Assembly (NCBI GenBank): GCA_963731735.1
Contig: CAVSWO010000002.1
Location: 470,001-534,000, forward strand
Direction: 5' to 3'
DNA from: Candidatus Kerfeldbacteria bacterium
GTDB lineage: Bacteria; Patescibacteriota; Patescibacteriia; SBBC01; CAIJZX01
Length of the DNA stretch: 64,000 bases
Shown here: positions 50,534 through 60,728 of the stretch, in pieces
Layout of the letters: every line of letters begins with the position of its first letter
Numbering within the stretch: position 1 is the stretch's first letter
The notes under the pieces: generated by a model
Told to the model about the DNA's origin: nothing
Database searches by the model: none
The model's input: the letters and a program-made list of their open reading frames with translations, nothing else
Made by a program: the position numbers and the translations under genes

Positions 50534-51258
50534 CCCAGCTCGATATCCGGGAATTATCTGTCCAAGTCGCGGGGAAGCAAATCCTTGATCACCTGAATCT
50601 TTCGGTTCCGGCCGGCCAAGTTCACGCCATCATGGGCCCGAACGGCTCGGGAAAATCCACCTTGGCGGCGGCCCTGATGGGCCACCCGAAATATACCGTC
50701 ACCGACGGAAAAGTTACGTATCACGATCAGGATCTACTGGCACTGTCTCCGGATGAACGGGCCAAGCTCGGAATCTTTCTGTCATTTCAGTATCCGCAGG
50801 AAATTTCCGGTGTCAGCTTAGGGAATTTTTTACGGACCGCGCTGAATAATCATCGTCAGCAGCCGATTGGGGTCCCGGAATTTTTTGATTTGTTAAAGCA
50901 AAAAACTGACGCCATGGGTATGCGTGAAGATTTCATTACCCGCGGTGTGAACGAAGGGTTTTCCGGCGGTGAAAAAAAACGGGCCGAGATTTTACAGATG
51001 ATGGTATTGCAACCCTCGATTTGCATTTTGGATGAAACTGATTCCGGACTCGATATTGATGCTTTGAAAGTCGTGGCCAACGGCGTCAACTCGATGCGTT
51101 CGCCGGATCGCGGTTTTTTGATCATTACGCACTACCAGCGGTTACTTGATTACGTCCAGCCGGATGTGGTGCATGTGCTGGTGGGCGGGAAGATTGTCAG
51201 AACTGGCGGTCCGGAATTGGCCAAGGAGCTGGAAAAGACTGGATACGCTCCCGCATGA
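50530..51258 (+). CDS. sufC: Fe-S cluster assembly ATPase SufC
   Basis: [25 protein letters not shown]...[12 protein letters not shown]...[14 protein letters not shown]. 242 aa. Confidence 0.95.
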   Translation: MTQLDIRELSVQVAGKQILDHLNLSVPAGQVHAIMGPNGSGKSTLAAALMGHPKYTVTDGKVTYHDQDLLALSPDERAKLGIFLSFQYPQEISGVSLGNFLRTALNNHRQQPIGVPEFFDLLKQKTDAMGMREDFITRGVNEGFSGGEKKRAEILQMMVLQPSICILDETDSGLDIDALKVVANGVNSMRSPDRGFLIITHYQRLLDYVQPDVVHVLVGGKIVRTGGPELAKELEKTGYAPA

Positions 51259-52664
51259 CCCAAAAAGCTCACCAGGCCACGCAATCACTCGATACCTACC
51301 AACACGGATTTTCGTATCCCGAGGAATCGGTCTTTAAAGTTCGCCGAGGCTTGTCGCTGGACGTCGTTCGCCAGATTTCGCAGCACAAGCGCGAACCGCA
51401 GTGGATGTTGGAAAAACGGCTTCGCGCCCTCCAAACCTTTACCGAGAAACCGATGCCGCAATGGGGCGCGAATTTGAACGATATTTTATTCAACGACATT
51501 TATTACTATCTTAAGCCGGTTGAGAAACAGGGACGAACATGGGATGACGTTCCCGACTCGATGAAAAAAACCTTTGACCGGCTGGGTATTCCTGATGCGG
51601 AAAAGAAATATCTGGCCGGCGTCGGGGCGCAATACGATAGTGAAGTAATTTATCACAGCGTCAAGGAAAGCCTGCGCAAGCAGGGGGTTATTTTTACCGA
51701 CATGGATACCGCCTTGCGCGAATATCCGGAAATCGTTAAACAGTATTTCGGAACGCTAATCCCGGCCCACGATAATAAATTCGCGGCCCTCAACAGCGCG
51801 GTTTGGTCCGGCGGATCATTTGTCTACGTACCCAAGGGCGTGAAAGTCGAGATGCCGCTCCAAGCCTATTTCCGCATTAACGCGCGCAACATGGGCCAAT
51901 TTGAACGCACGTTAATTATCGCCGAAGAAGGCAGTCAGGTCCATTATGTTGAAGGCTGCACCGCGCCGGTCTATGCCAGCGATTCGCTCCATGCGGCGGT
52001 GGTTGAAATCTTCGTGAAAAAAGGCGCGCGCGTCCGCTACACAACGATTCAGAATTGGTCGCGCGATGTTTATAACCTTGTCACCAAGCGGGCCCAAGTT
52101 CAGGAAGAAGGGGTAATGGAATGGATTGACGGCAATCTCGGATCGCGGGTAACCATGAAATACCCGAGCGTCTACCTGATTGGCCGAAAAGCGCATGGGG
52201 AAGTGCTTTCGATCGCCTTTGCGGGCAAGGGGCAACATCAAGATGCCGGCGGAAAAGCCATTCATAACGCACCGGAAACGTCATCGATTATCACGTCCAA
52301 ATCAATCTCCAAAGACGGCGGACGCACGTCGTACCGCGGTTTAGTGCAAATGTCCCCGGCTGCCAAGAAAGCCAAGTGCAATGTCCGCTGTGACGCGTTG
52401 ATTCTTGATGAATTTTCCCGTTCGGACACGTACCCGACCATGAAAATCCGAGCCAAGGATGTAACCCTCGGCCATGAAGCAACAGTTTCAAAGGTTGGGG
52501 AAGAGCAGTTATTTTACCTGATGTCCCGCGGGCTTAATGAAGCCGAGGCAACTGGGTTAATTGTCAGTGGATTTATTGAACCAATCGTGAAAGAGCTGCC
52601 ACTTGAATATGCGGTGGAGTTAAATAAGTTAATTCAATTGGAGATGGAAGGGAGTGTGGGATGA
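51255..52664 (+). CDS. sufB: Fe-S cluster assembly protein SufB
   Basis: 469 aa. The C-terminal beta-helix block ...[35 protein letters not shown] is typical of SufB. Confidence 0.95.
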   Translation: MTQKAHQATQSLDTYQHGFSYPEESVFKVRRGLSLDVVRQISQHKREPQWMLEKRLRALQTFTEKPMPQWGANLNDILFNDIYYYLKPVEKQGRTWDDVPDSMKKTFDRLGIPDAEKKYLAGVGAQYDSEVIYHSVKESLRKQGVIFTDMDTALREYPEIVKQYFGTLIPAHDNKFAALNSAVWSGGSFVYVPKGVKVEMPLQAYFRINARNMGQFERTLIIAEEGSQVHYVEGCTAPVYASDSLHAAVVEIFVKKGARVRYTTIQNWSRDVYNLVTKRAQVQEEGVMEWIDGNLGSRVTMKYPSVYLIGRKAHGEVLSIAFAGKGQHQDAGGKAIHNAPETSSIITSKSISKDGGRTSYRGLVQMSPAAKKAKCNVRCDALILDEFSRSDTYPTMKIRAKDVTLGHEATVSKVGEEQLFYLMSRGLNEAEATGLIVSGFIEPIVKELPLEYAVELNKLIQLEMEGSVG

Positions 52665-53140
52665 TGTCTGACAGCAAAGAAGTCGCTTGGAAAAAAACAT
52701 TGCCAAAGAAAAGAATGGCAGCTGGAGCGTTGTTTTTCAATACGAATAAGGAAATTCTGGTGGTTGTTCCGAAATACGGTTCTACATGGGAAATCCCAGG
52801 TGGTGTTATCGAGGCGAATGAGTCGCCTAGGCAAGCTTGTGTACGTGAAATTCGGGAAGAACTAGGGATCAGCGTTGAAATAAGAAAAATTCTATGTGTC
52901 GATTATCGAGCGGTTAGCCTAGATCATCCTGATGAGAGTATCCAATTTGTGTTTTTTGGTGGGACGTTGAGCAATAATCAAATACAGGAAATCAAGGTGG
53001 GTGAAAGAGAAATTTTGGAAACTCATTGGATTACGACAGAGCAGATAAAGAACAAAATTAGTAATCCCGCGCTGGCAAGCAGGATCTTGGCGGCTGTGGA
53101 AGCATACAAGTCGAAAACGTGTCTGTATTTGGAAAGCTAA
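52661..53140 (+). CDS. Nudix hydrolase, low-GC insertion inside the suf operon
   Basis: Nudix box [24 protein letters not shown]. About 42% GC compared with about 57% in the flanks. Sits where the sufD 5' half is expected. Confidence 0.65.
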   Translation: MMSDSKEVAWKKTLPKKRMAAGALFFNTNKEILVVVPKYGSTWEIPGGVIEANESPRQACVREIREELGISVEIRKILCVDYRAVSLDHPDESIQFVFFGGTLSNNQIQEIKVGEREILETHWITTEQIKNKISNPALASRILAAVEAYKSKTCLYLES

Positions 53141-53191
53141 CTTAATGATGTACAGCCAAGATTACAATTTTGGTATAGCAAATACTTCACT

Positions 53192-53812
53192 ATGTTCAGC
53201 ATGACGAACTCTCAAAAAACTATCGACACCCTCACCGAACCCGCCAAGCGGATTGAAGTTCAGGCCGGACAGAAACTGCACTACATTGTGCCGATCTTGG
53301 AATCAATTCCCGAACCGCGGCAACGTGAAATCGTCCTCGCCGGTGAAGGCGCCGAGGCGGAAGTGATTGGCCTATTTCTTGGTCGTGGGAAAAGTCAGTT
53401 GAATCTAACGATTGATACGACGCACACGGCCCCGCATACGCGCGGATCGACGCTGTTTAAGGCCGTGCTGTTCGACTCCAGCCATCTTGAATTCAACGGC
53501 ATGATTAAAATCCTGAAGGGCGCGCAGGGGAGTAACGATTTTCTTGAGCAGAATTCACTTTTGATGTCCGAAGACGCGAAAGCCAACGCTGTTCCGGGCC
53601 TGGAAATCGAGGCTAATGACGTCAAAGCCTCGCATGGCGCGTCCGCCGGTCCGGTCGATCCCGAGCAGAAATTCTACTTGATGTCCCGCGGGTTGTCCGA
53701 AGACCAAGCCGAGCGTATGATTGTACAAGGGTTTATCGCGCCGATTCTCAAAGCGATTCGTGATGATACTTTAAAGGACAAGATACTCCATGCCCTCAAT
53801 CCAGAATTGTAA
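53192..53812 (+). CDS. sufD: SufD-like protein, short (C-terminal half only)
   Basis: 206 aa. ...[54 protein letters not shown] is paralogous to the SufB/SufD C-terminal beta-helix. The usual N-terminal half of about 200 aa is absent. Confidence 0.6.
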   Translation: MFSMTNSQKTIDTLTEPAKRIEVQAGQKLHYIVPILESIPEPRQREIVLAGEGAEAEVIGLFLGRGKSQLNLTIDTTHTAPHTRGSTLFKAVLFDSSHLEFNGMIKILKGAQGSNDFLEQNSLLMSEDAKANAVPGLEIEANDVKASHGASAGPVDPEQKFYLMSRGLSEDQAERMIVQGFIAPILKAIRDDTLKDKILHALNPEL

Positions 53813-55031
53813 AAACGATTTCCCTGTTTTCAAGGCTCATTCGGAGCTGATCTATTTAGATTCCACCGCCTCGAGTTTAAAACCACAGGCGGTGATTGAC
53901 GCGGTCAAGCACTATTATGAAACGTGCGGGGTGAACGTCCATCGCGGGGTGTACGGATTGTCGGTGGACGCCACCAATGCTTACGAGGGCGCCCGGGAAA
54001 ACGTTCGGAAGTTTATCAACGCGAAAAGTACGAAAGAAATTGTGTTCGTTCGCGGTGCGACTGAGGCGATTAACCTGGTGGCGAGTACGTACGGACAGAC
54101 GTTTCGGAAAGGCGATGTGATTCTCCTGTCGGAAATGGAACACCACGCCAACATTGTGCCGTGGCAAGCGTTAGCGCAGTGGATTGGCGTCGAACTGCGC
54201 TGGATTCCGGTCACAAAAGATGGCGATCTTGATCTGTCGAATATCGATGCATTGCTCAAGGGAGTGAAATTGCTCGCGATCACCCAAATGTCGAATGTGC
54301 TGGGGGTGGTGAATGATGTCAAAATACTGGCCCAGCAAGCACACGCGGTGGGCGCAAAAATATTGGTGGACGCGGCGCAGTCGGTTCCGCATATGCCGGT
54401 GGATGTGCAAGATATGGATTGCGATTTCCTGGTCTTCTCCGGACACAAAATGCTCGGGCCGACGGGGATTGGCGTGTTGTATGCAAAAGAAGATCTGTTG
54501 GAACACATGCCGCCCTACCAACGGGGCGGGGATATGATTCTTGAGGTGACGAAAGACACAGCTACCTGGAACGAACTGCCCTATAAATTTGAAGCCGGCA
54601 CGCCGAATATTGCCGGCGCGATCGGCTTGGGCGCGGCCGTGGAGTATCTCAGCGGCTTAGGAATGGAGCATGTTTGGGAGCATGAAGTCGAGTTGGCCAC
54701 CTATGGATTAGTCGCATTGCAGAAACTTGAAGGCGTCACAGTCCTTGGCGGAAACGCAAAATCTCCGCGCGGAGCGATCTTCGCGCTTGATCTGGGGAAT
54801 ATTCATCCCGTTAGAGGCGGAGCCTCTAACGGGATTCACCCGCATGATATCGGTTCGATTCTGGATGAACAACATATCGCGGTCCGAGCCGGACATCACT
54901 GCGCCCAGCCGCTGCATACGAAGTTTGGTTTAGTCGCGACGTCGCGGGCCAGCGGCTATGTCTACACAACCAAAGAAGATATTGATGCGTTGGTGCAAGG
55001 CATTAAAAAAGTGCAGGAGATGTTCGCGTGA
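53790..55031 (+). CDS. sufS: cysteine desulfurase SufS (class V aminotransferase)
   Basis: SGHKMLGPTGIGVLY PLP-lysine loop. ...RAGHHCAQPLHTKFG carries the active-site Cys region. 413 aa. Confidence 0.9.
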   Translation: MPSIQNCKNDFPVFKAHSELIYLDSTASSLKPQAVIDAVKHYYETCGVNVHRGVYGLSVDATNAYEGARENVRKFINAKSTKEIVFVRGATEAINLVASTYGQTFRKGDVILLSEMEHHANIVPWQALAQWIGVELRWIPVTKDGDLDLSNIDALLKGVKLLAITQMSNVLGVVNDVKILAQQAHAVGAKILVDAAQSVPHMPVDVQDMDCDFLVFSGHKMLGPTGIGVLYAKEDLLEHMPPYQRGGDMILEVTKDTATWNELPYKFEAGTPNIAGAIGLGAAVEYLSGLGMEHVWEHEVELATYGLVALQKLEGVTVLGGNAKSPRGAIFALDLGNIHPVRGGASNGIHPHDIGSILDEQHIAVRAGHHCAQPLHTKFGLVATSRASGYVYTTKEDIDALVQGIKKVQEMFA

Positions 55032-55546
55032 TTGGTTTGAAGAGAGGGATAGTGAAACTGGAATCTCACCAAGCCGGCTGGTCAAAACTTTTTCAAACGG
55101 AAAAGCATCGACTTCAAAAAGCCATTCCCGCTATTGTGTCGATTGAACATGTTGGTAGCACAGCTGTGCCTGGATTGAAAGCGAAACCAATCATTGATAT
55201 TGATCTTGGTGTAAAGTCGTTAAAAAAATTCAGACGCGAAATTCCCAAAATGAAAAAACTTGGGTATTGGTGGAAACGTGATTATCCTGGAAGCAGACAA
55301 CATTTATTTTTCGCCAAAGGGCCAGAAAAGTCAAGATCAATATACATTCACGTCGTTCGTTATCAGGGTCCGAAGTGGCAACGAGATATCTTTTTTCGTG
55401 ATCAGTTGGTTCGGAACCCATCTTTGCGACGGCGCTATGAGGCAATAAAAAAACTTCTGGCAAAACGTTATCCATCAGATCGTGAACAGTATACGAGTCG
55501 CAAACAACCATTTATTTTCCAAGTGTTAAATAAGAAACGCCCATGA
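55028..55546 (+). CDS. grpB: GrpB-family protein (UPF0157), low-GC insertion inside the suf operon
   Basis: SIEHVGSTAVPGLKAKPIIDIDLGV is the GrpB signature. GTG start. About 42% GC. Confidence 0.7.
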   Translation: MIGLKRGIVKLESHQAGWSKLFQTEKHRLQKAIPAIVSIEHVGSTAVPGLKAKPIIDIDLGVKSLKKFRREIPKMKKLGYWWKRDYPGSRQHLFFAKGPEKSRSIYIHVVRYQGPKWQRDIFFRDQLVRNPSLRRRYEAIKKLLAKRYPSDREQYTSRKQPFIFQVLNKKRP

Positions 55547-55914
55547 CCCTCGACATGTACCAGCAGAATATCATGGATCACTATAAGCACCCGCGGAATT
55601 TTGGGGAGATTCAAGGTGCAGAAAACCACGCCCATGCGGCCAACCCGCTGTGTGGCGACGAACTGGATTTTTACTTAGTCTTCGATGACCAAGACAAGGT
55701 GGCGGAAGTGAAATTCTCCGGCCGCGGCTGTACGATCACTATGGCGAGCGCTTCGATGCTCTCGGAAAAATTACGGGGTATGCCAAAAAGTCAGGTTGAA
55801 AAACTGACGAACGAAGATGCACTACAATTACTTGGGGTCGACATAAATCCAGCCAGGATGAAATGCGCAACGCTCAGTCTGGAGACCGTCCAGCAGGCGA
55901 TTGGTCATCATTGA
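55543..55914 (+). CDS. sufU: SufU/IscU-like Fe-S scaffold / sulfur-transfer protein
   Basis: NPLCGDELDF...GRGCTITMASASML...MKCATLS gives the three conserved Cys of NifU-N/SufU. Confidence 0.85.
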   Translation: MTLDMYQQNIMDHYKHPRNFGEIQGAENHAHAANPLCGDELDFYLVFDDQDKVAEVKFSGRGCTITMASASMLSEKLRGMPKSQVEKLTNEDALQLLGVDINPARMKCATLSLETVQQAIGHH

Positions 55915-55943
55915 AGGGTAACTGGCCGTTTGGATCTAGAAAA

Positions 55944-56528
55944 CTAGGGGAGTAGTTTCAGGACGTTCCACCAGGCCTTGATGTAATCAGGGCGCTTGTT
56001 TTGATACTTGAGGTAATAGGCGTGTTCCCAGACGTCGAGGCCGAGAATCGGCTTATCACCATGCAGATAGGGTGAATCTTGATTTGCCATCTGGTGCAGA
56101 TGGAGCGTACCGGCTGCGTCTTCAGCCAGCCAAACCCAGCCGCTGCCGAACAAGGTCGAAGCCAATGTCGTGAATTCCTCTTTAAATCCATCAATCGATT
56201 GCCAAGTAGCATTGATCCGATCGACTAACGTCTGGTCAACGTCTTTGGTTGGACCCAGAATGTTCCAAAACAGGGAGTGATTAGCGTGGCCGCCGCCGTG
56301 GTTTTGGATTGCCCGCTTTGTCTGATCAGGAACCGACAAGGTCTGCAGCTTGATCAATAATTCTTCGACGGGCAAAGCGGCGAGTTCAGGATACGGCTCA
56401 AGCGCCGCATTTAACTTATTGATGTATGCCTGGTGATGCTTGGTATGGTGAATTTCCATGGTGCGCGCATCGATGTAGGGTTCGAGGGCATCATACCCGT
56501 AGGGGAGTTCTGGAAGTGTGTGGGGCAT
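55944..56528 (-). CDS. sodA: Fe/Mn superoxide dismutase
   Basis: [36 protein letters not shown]...DVWEHAYYL. 194 aa. Confidence 0.95.
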   Translation of the reverse strand: MPHTLPELPYGYDALEPYIDARTMEIHHTKHHQAYINKLNAALEPYPELAALPVEELLIKLQTLSVPDQTKRAIQNHGGGHANHSLFWNILGPTKDVDQTLVDRINATWQSIDGFKEEFTTLASTLFGSGWVWLAEDAAGTLHLHQMANQDSPYLHGDKPILGLDVWEHAYYLKYQNKRPDYIKAWWNVLKLLP

Positions 56529-56591
56529 TGGTAAAAAATATTTAATGCTGAAACATTGCTAGTGTAGCACGATGCTGCGATCCTGGCAGGC

Positions 56592-56620
56592 TTGACAATT
56601 TAGGGAATTTGTGCTAGACT
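56592..56620 (+). promoter_or_regulatory. sigma-70-type promoter for the CAP-domain gene
   Basis: TTGACA, a 17-nt spacer, then TAGACT, 10 nt before the ATG at 56631. Confidence 0.45.
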
Positions 56621-56630
56621 CCGTTGTTTC

Positions 56631-58133
56631 ATGGTACAATATTTACGAACAATGCATCGACACGTAAAGCGATTTGGTTTCCATCTGAAAAACGCTTTCG
56701 TTCCGCACGCGGGCAACGATTATCATCCGCATGCGGTCCGTTCGCATTGGCTGGGCGTCTATGCCGGCTTGATCGTGACCGTGAAAATTGTGACCGTCGC
56801 GTTTGTGGCCTTCTATTCGGGTCCGGCGCGGGTTTCGGACGTTACCGCCAGCAATATCATTCGCCTGACCAATGACGCGCGCCAGGCCAACGGCGTGGCC
56901 ACCCTGAAGACGAATTCGGCGCTGAATAGCGCCGCCGCCGCTAAGGCCAACGATATGCTGCAAGAGCAATATTTTGCGCACGTGAGTCCCAGCAACTTGA
57001 CTCCATGGTATTGGTTTAAACAAGCCGGCTATGCTTATCAATACGCCGGCGAAAACTTGGCGATTGATTATCTCGAAGCCGAAGACGTGATTAACGCCTG
57101 GCTGGCGTCGCCGTCGCACCGGGAAAACCTGTTGGCCAGTAAATATCAGGAAATCGGTGTTTCGGTAGTAACCGGGAACTTCCAGGGTGCCCAGTCGATT
57201 CTAGTGGTCCAAATGTTCGGCACGCCAACGGTCACAACCACCACCTCGGCACCGAGTTCGCCAACCCAAACGCCCACGCCGACCCAAGCCGTAGCCACCG
57301 TGGCCGGATCCGCCACGCCGGCACCGGCGCCAACTCCGACGCCCGCGCCGGTGGTCGTAACACCGCCTCCGCCGGAACCGCCGGCCACACCGACCATTGT
57401 TTCTCCCGATCCAAATTCGGTCGTCTTGACGCAATCACCGGTGATTGTCGGCCAAGCCGAAGCGGGGAGCCAAGTCACGGCCCAGGTCAATGACACAACC
57501 ATTGGCACAGCCACCACGGATAGTGACGGCGCCTATCAAATTACTCCGACCAATCCGTTGTCAGATGGTGACTACACCATTCAGGTAGTCGCGCATGCGC
57601 GCGGCTTGGACAGTACGCCGTCGAGTCGGCGGTCATTCACCGTGGATACCACGCCGCCGCAAGTAGTTGACAGCGGTACCTTTGCCTTGTTCTCAATACT
57701 CGGCCATGACACCTACGACGTGTTCGTCAAAACTTCCGACGACGCCGCCCAAGTACAATGCGCGTGCGGATCGACCGTGACCATGTTACACCGACAGGCA
57801 AATCAATTTATGGGCCACATCACGGTTGATGGAAAAAACAGCTCCTCATCGGTGCTCTCGTTGGCGGTCAGTGATGCGGCCGGGAATCAAACCAAGCTGG
57901 CCCTGGTGGATACCGACTTGTTCACGACCGGCGTCGTCGCGCCGACTGATAGTCCAGTCATTCGGGCCCTGCGCGTTTTGACCTATTCACGAACCTTCCT
58001 GACCGCCTTCCTGGTGTTTATGCTGTTGCTGGCGCTCTTCAACGTGATTATCGTTTGGGAACGACAGCACCATGCCACCGTCGTGGGCATGTTATTGGTG
58101 ATTTATCTGGCCGGCAGCTTGCTGTTGATTTAA
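56631..58133 (+). CDS. membrane-anchored CAP/SCP/PR-1 domain surface protein with Pro/Thr linker and Ig-like domains
   Basis: N-terminal TM (WLGVYAGLIVTVKIVTVAFVAF). The CAP domain reads ...QEQYFAHVSPSNL...AGENLAIDY...WLASPSHRENLL...EIGVSVV. A PTPAPAPTPTPAPVVVTPPPPEPP linker follows, then Big-like repeats, then a C-terminal TM helix. Confidence 0.6.
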   Translation: MVQYLRTMHRHVKRFGFHLKNAFVPHAGNDYHPHAVRSHWLGVYAGLIVTVKIVTVAFVAFYSGPARVSDVTASNIIRLTNDARQANGVATLKTNSALNSAAAAKANDMLQEQYFAHVSPSNLTPWYWFKQAGYAYQYAGENLAIDYLEAEDVINAWLASPSHRENLLASKYQEIGVSVVTGNFQGAQSILVVQMFGTPTVTTTTSAPSSPTQTPTPTQAVATVAGSATPAPAPTPTPAPVVVTPPPPEPPATPTIVSPDPNSVVLTQSPVIVGQAEAGSQVTAQVNDTTIGTATTDSDGAYQITPTNPLSDGDYTIQVVAHARGLDSTPSSRRSFTVDTTPPQVVDSGTFALFSILGHDTYDVFVKTSDDAAQVQCACGSTVTMLHRQANQFMGHITVDGKNSSSSVLSLAVSDAAGNQTKLALVDTDLFTTGVVAPTDSPVIRALRVLTYSRTFLTAFLVFMLLLALFNVIIVWERQHHATVVGMLLVIYLAGSLLLI

Positions 58134-58169
58134 CGGAATTCGAAGGTTGCTCTCGCGGGGCTATCTCTG

Positions 58170-58182
58170 CTACACTTTGTAG
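58170..58182 (+). promoter_or_regulatory. BlaI/MecI-type operator dyad (CTACActtTGTAG)
   Basis: A TACA/TGTA inverted repeat lies about 75 nt upstream of the blaI-family gene, matching the family operator core. Coordinates approximate. Confidence 0.45.
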
Positions 58183-58256
58183 TAGCGTTGCTTGAGTGGA
58201 TCGACCTGTCCGCCGGGCAAAAACAATATTCTTTGAGCTGATATTTCGATCGGATT

Positions 58257-58640
58257 ATGGCCAAGAAAACCTCGTTCGGACAACTAGAGCAGGCAATTAT
58301 GGAGGTCTTGTGGGACCGCCAAGAGGCCACGGTTCGAATGGTCGTCGATGAGCTGCAGTCGAAACATCCGGTTGCCTATACGACCGTGATGACGGTTATG
58401 AATCGCCTGGTTGAACAAGGTTGTTTGACCCGACGAGCTGGCCAGCGAGGAGCCTTTACCTATCAACCCAAACAAACCCGTGAGGCGCACGTGGCCGCGG
58501 CCGCCAAACACAGCCTTGATCAATTGGTTCATCAATACGGGGACTTGGCCTTGGTGCAATTTTTGGAGCAACTCGACAAAATTCCGGAGTCTAAACTTGA
58601 GCAACTCCGTCGGAAACTGCAAGGGCGAAAACGCGTATGA
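58257..58640 (+). CDS. BlaI/MecI/CopY-family transcriptional repressor
   Basis: LGQLEQAIMEVLWDRQEATVRMVVDELQSKHPVAYTTVMTVMNRLVEQGCLTR is the winged-helix penicillinase-repressor domain. Confidence 0.75.
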   Translation: MAKKTSFGQLEQAIMEVLWDRQEATVRMVVDELQSKHPVAYTTVMTVMNRLVEQGCLTRRAGQRGAFTYQPKQTREAHVAAAAKHSLDQLVHQYGDLALVQFLEQLDKIPESKLEQLRRKLQGRKRV

Positions 58641-59644
58641 ACCACGAAGCACGACAATATCGGGTCGTGCGCTGGACAACCGCCCTAACGGGCGGCGGCG
58701 GATTATTGATTTTGGGTACCGTGATTTGGTATCAGTGGCGCTCAATTGGACCGTATCTTTTTTCCCATCAACTGGGTTGTGGGTGCCAGACGCTGTCGAT
58801 ACACCTGTCACCCTGGATGATCGGCTGGACCTCGCTGCTAACGGTGCTTGGTTTGGTCATGTTCGGACGGTTTGCTTGGCAACTGAGTCGGCATGCTTGG
58901 CGGCAACATCGTTTTCGTCAACAGGCGGAACAACTTGGCCGGCCGGTCACGCATCGGGAAACAGGTGTGACTTTTTGGTATCAAGCTGGTACCAAGCCGT
59001 CAGCCATGACCCTCGGATTTATTCGACCAATCATTGTTGTCACCAGCGGCCTACGGGCGCAAGTTTCGAATCGGGAATTTGGCATGATACTGCGCCATGA
59101 GCAGGTTCACCAGCGTCAAGCCGACCCAGGCTGGTCGGTAGTTTTAGCCGCTCTTGGCGCGGCCTGGTGGTGGATGCCGTGGGTTCGGACCTGGATTGCA
59201 GCCGCTTGGCGCCTGCGCGAACTGACGGCGGACGAGTTAGCGATTGTGACGCATCAAGATCGTGAAGCCCTGGGCGGCGCCCTGGTAAAAATTGCCAGCC
59301 GCGGGCCAGCGATGGAGGCCGCCTTTTCACCCAACCAAGATCGGATTGAAAAAATGCTGGATCAATCGTGGCGGCCAAAGTTACACCTCTGGCAAAAATC
59401 AGCCATCCTGACCGCGGTCGCCAGCGTGATTAGCCTGGGATTTTTTTGGCAGGTCATGACCGCCACCGCCCAGACGCTGCAACAGATTCCGGTCGGAGCT
59501 TGCCAGGAGACACAGCGGATGTGCGCCAACCAGTCGCAATTTACCGCGCCGCAAACAGTCACCTTGTGCCGATCTGAGTCGAGTTGGCACTGTGCGACGT
59601 TGCCCGCTATGTCGGTGTATGAAATTCGCAGCCAAGTCCGCTAA
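58637..59644 (+). CDS. BlaR1/MecR1-like M56 metallopeptidase membrane protein (no beta-lactam-sensor domain)
   Basis: 4 TM helices with an HExxH motif (ILRHEQVHQRQ) in the M56 arrangement. The C-terminus lacks a transpeptidase-like sensor. Translationally coupled to blaI. Confidence 0.7.
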   Translation: MNHEARQYRVVRWTTALTGGGGLLILGTVIWYQWRSIGPYLFSHQLGCGCQTLSIHLSPWMIGWTSLLTVLGLVMFGRFAWQLSRHAWRQHRFRQQAEQLGRPVTHRETGVTFWYQAGTKPSAMTLGFIRPIIVVTSGLRAQVSNREFGMILRHEQVHQRQADPGWSVVLAALGAAWWWMPWVRTWIAAAWRLRELTADELAIVTHQDREALGGALVKIASRGPAMEAAFSPNQDRIEKMLDQSWRPKLHLWQKSAILTAVASVISLGFFWQVMTATAQTLQQIPVGACQETQRMCANQSQFTAPQTVTLCRSESSWHCATLPAMSVYEIRSQVR

Positions 59645-60257
59645 GTGGTGGTCCGGAGGCCTGGCGGTGGTAGTCCTGCTGCTCGTCTTTGGCGTGGGGG
59701 CGGTGTGGGCTATCTATCAAGCTCGAAATCAACCGGCCGCGTCCAACGCGAATACACAAGCGGCCAGCGTTCGTCAGCGGTATGCGGATCTCTATGAGCT
59801 GGCTTGGAGAAGCGATCAGCAGCAGGGGACCGTTCTGATGACCGCCACCCTGTTGTCACCGACCATGATAACGTTGCTTGGCCAAGATACCGGCCGATCG
59901 GATGCTGAAGATGCGTTATATCGGGCGACCAGTTCGCTCTCGGATTCTCAACTCGCTCTCTACCTGACAATCGATAGCGTCGGTCAACCGGTCGAAGATG
60001 TGACGATAGCCCAAAGTCTGAATCTGACGGCCGCTGACGGACTACAATTCAGCCTGGCTGAATGGCGCCCGGTTTTTGCGTCTCATCCGGCCCAGAGTAC
60101 GGAGGCGACGGTTGTGCCGAAAGCCGGAGTGGCAATTTTTACGGCCGACCGCCCTGTGCATTGGGATCAACTCAAGCGCCTGACCCTCGACAGCAAAAAT
60201 ATCGCCGGAATCCCGGACCGCGCCTTCGTTTGGAACCAATTATCGGTGCTGCAGTAA
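59619..60257 (+). CDS. hypothetical membrane-anchored protein, third gene of the blaI/blaR1-like module
   Basis: N-terminal TM (GLAVVVLLLVFGVGAVWAIY), then an extracytoplasmic domain without recognisable motifs. Overlaps the blaR1-like stop. Confidence 0.4.
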   Translation: MKFAAKSAKWWSGGLAVVVLLLVFGVGAVWAIYQARNQPAASNANTQAASVRQRYADLYELAWRSDQQQGTVLMTATLLSPTMITLLGQDTGRSDAEDALYRATSSLSDSQLALYLTIDSVGQPVEDVTIAQSLNLTAADGLQFSLAEWRPVFASHPAQSTEATVVPKAGVAIFTADRPVHWDQLKRLTLDSKNIAGIPDRAFVWNQLSVLQ

Positions 60258-60725
60258 GAGTACCAAAATCATCAGGTAGGCGAGTTGATAGGCGATGGCG
60301 ACGGCGTGCGGAATGTCGTGAGCCTGTTTGACGTGCAACCGTTCGTGCCAACGGTTATGCCATTCAAGAAAACCCATCAGTCCGGGCAGTCGCCATTGGC
60401 GCTGGCGCAGGACAAATAATCCACCCCACAGCATATCAGGCAGAACGGCGCCGATTGCCCCCGCCACCACTCGGCCAGCTGGAGCGTCGAGGTGCTGGGT
60501 TAAAAACCAAACGATCAAAACCGCCAAGCTTAAATCAAAGGGCTCGATGACGGCAAACATTTTAGCTCTTGGTAGGCGGGCCAGCCAGGCAAGCGGGCGT
60601 AGGTCACCATGCGGAACGGCGTCTAGTAGATAATGGCTGATTACGCCCAAGCCAAACGCGACCGGAGCATTTGGCGAGACGGTCGCGATCAATCCGCCCA
60701 GGCTGGCATGCACCGGCGAGTACAT
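60240..60725 (-). CDS. YdjM/DUF457-like membrane-bound metal-dependent hydrolase
   Basis: SHYLLDAVPHGD motif plus AGAIGAVLPD. 4 TM helices. Paralogous to the upstream gene. Confidence 0.5.
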   Translation of the reverse strand: MYSPVHASLGGLIATVSPNAPVAFGLGVISHYLLDAVPHGDLRPLAWLARLPRAKMFAVIEPFDLSLAVLIVWFLTQHLDAPAGRVVAGAIGAVLPDMLWGGLFVLRQRQWRLPGLMGFLEWHNRWHERLHVKQAHDIPHAVAIAYQLAYLMILVLLLQHR

Positions 60726-60728
60726 TGC

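Noticed and set aside
57146-57517. Gly-rich minus-strand ORFs inside the CAP-domain gene
   Set aside because: They are antisense to the Pro/Thr linker of the CAP protein, and their composition is mirror-image low-complexity sequence.
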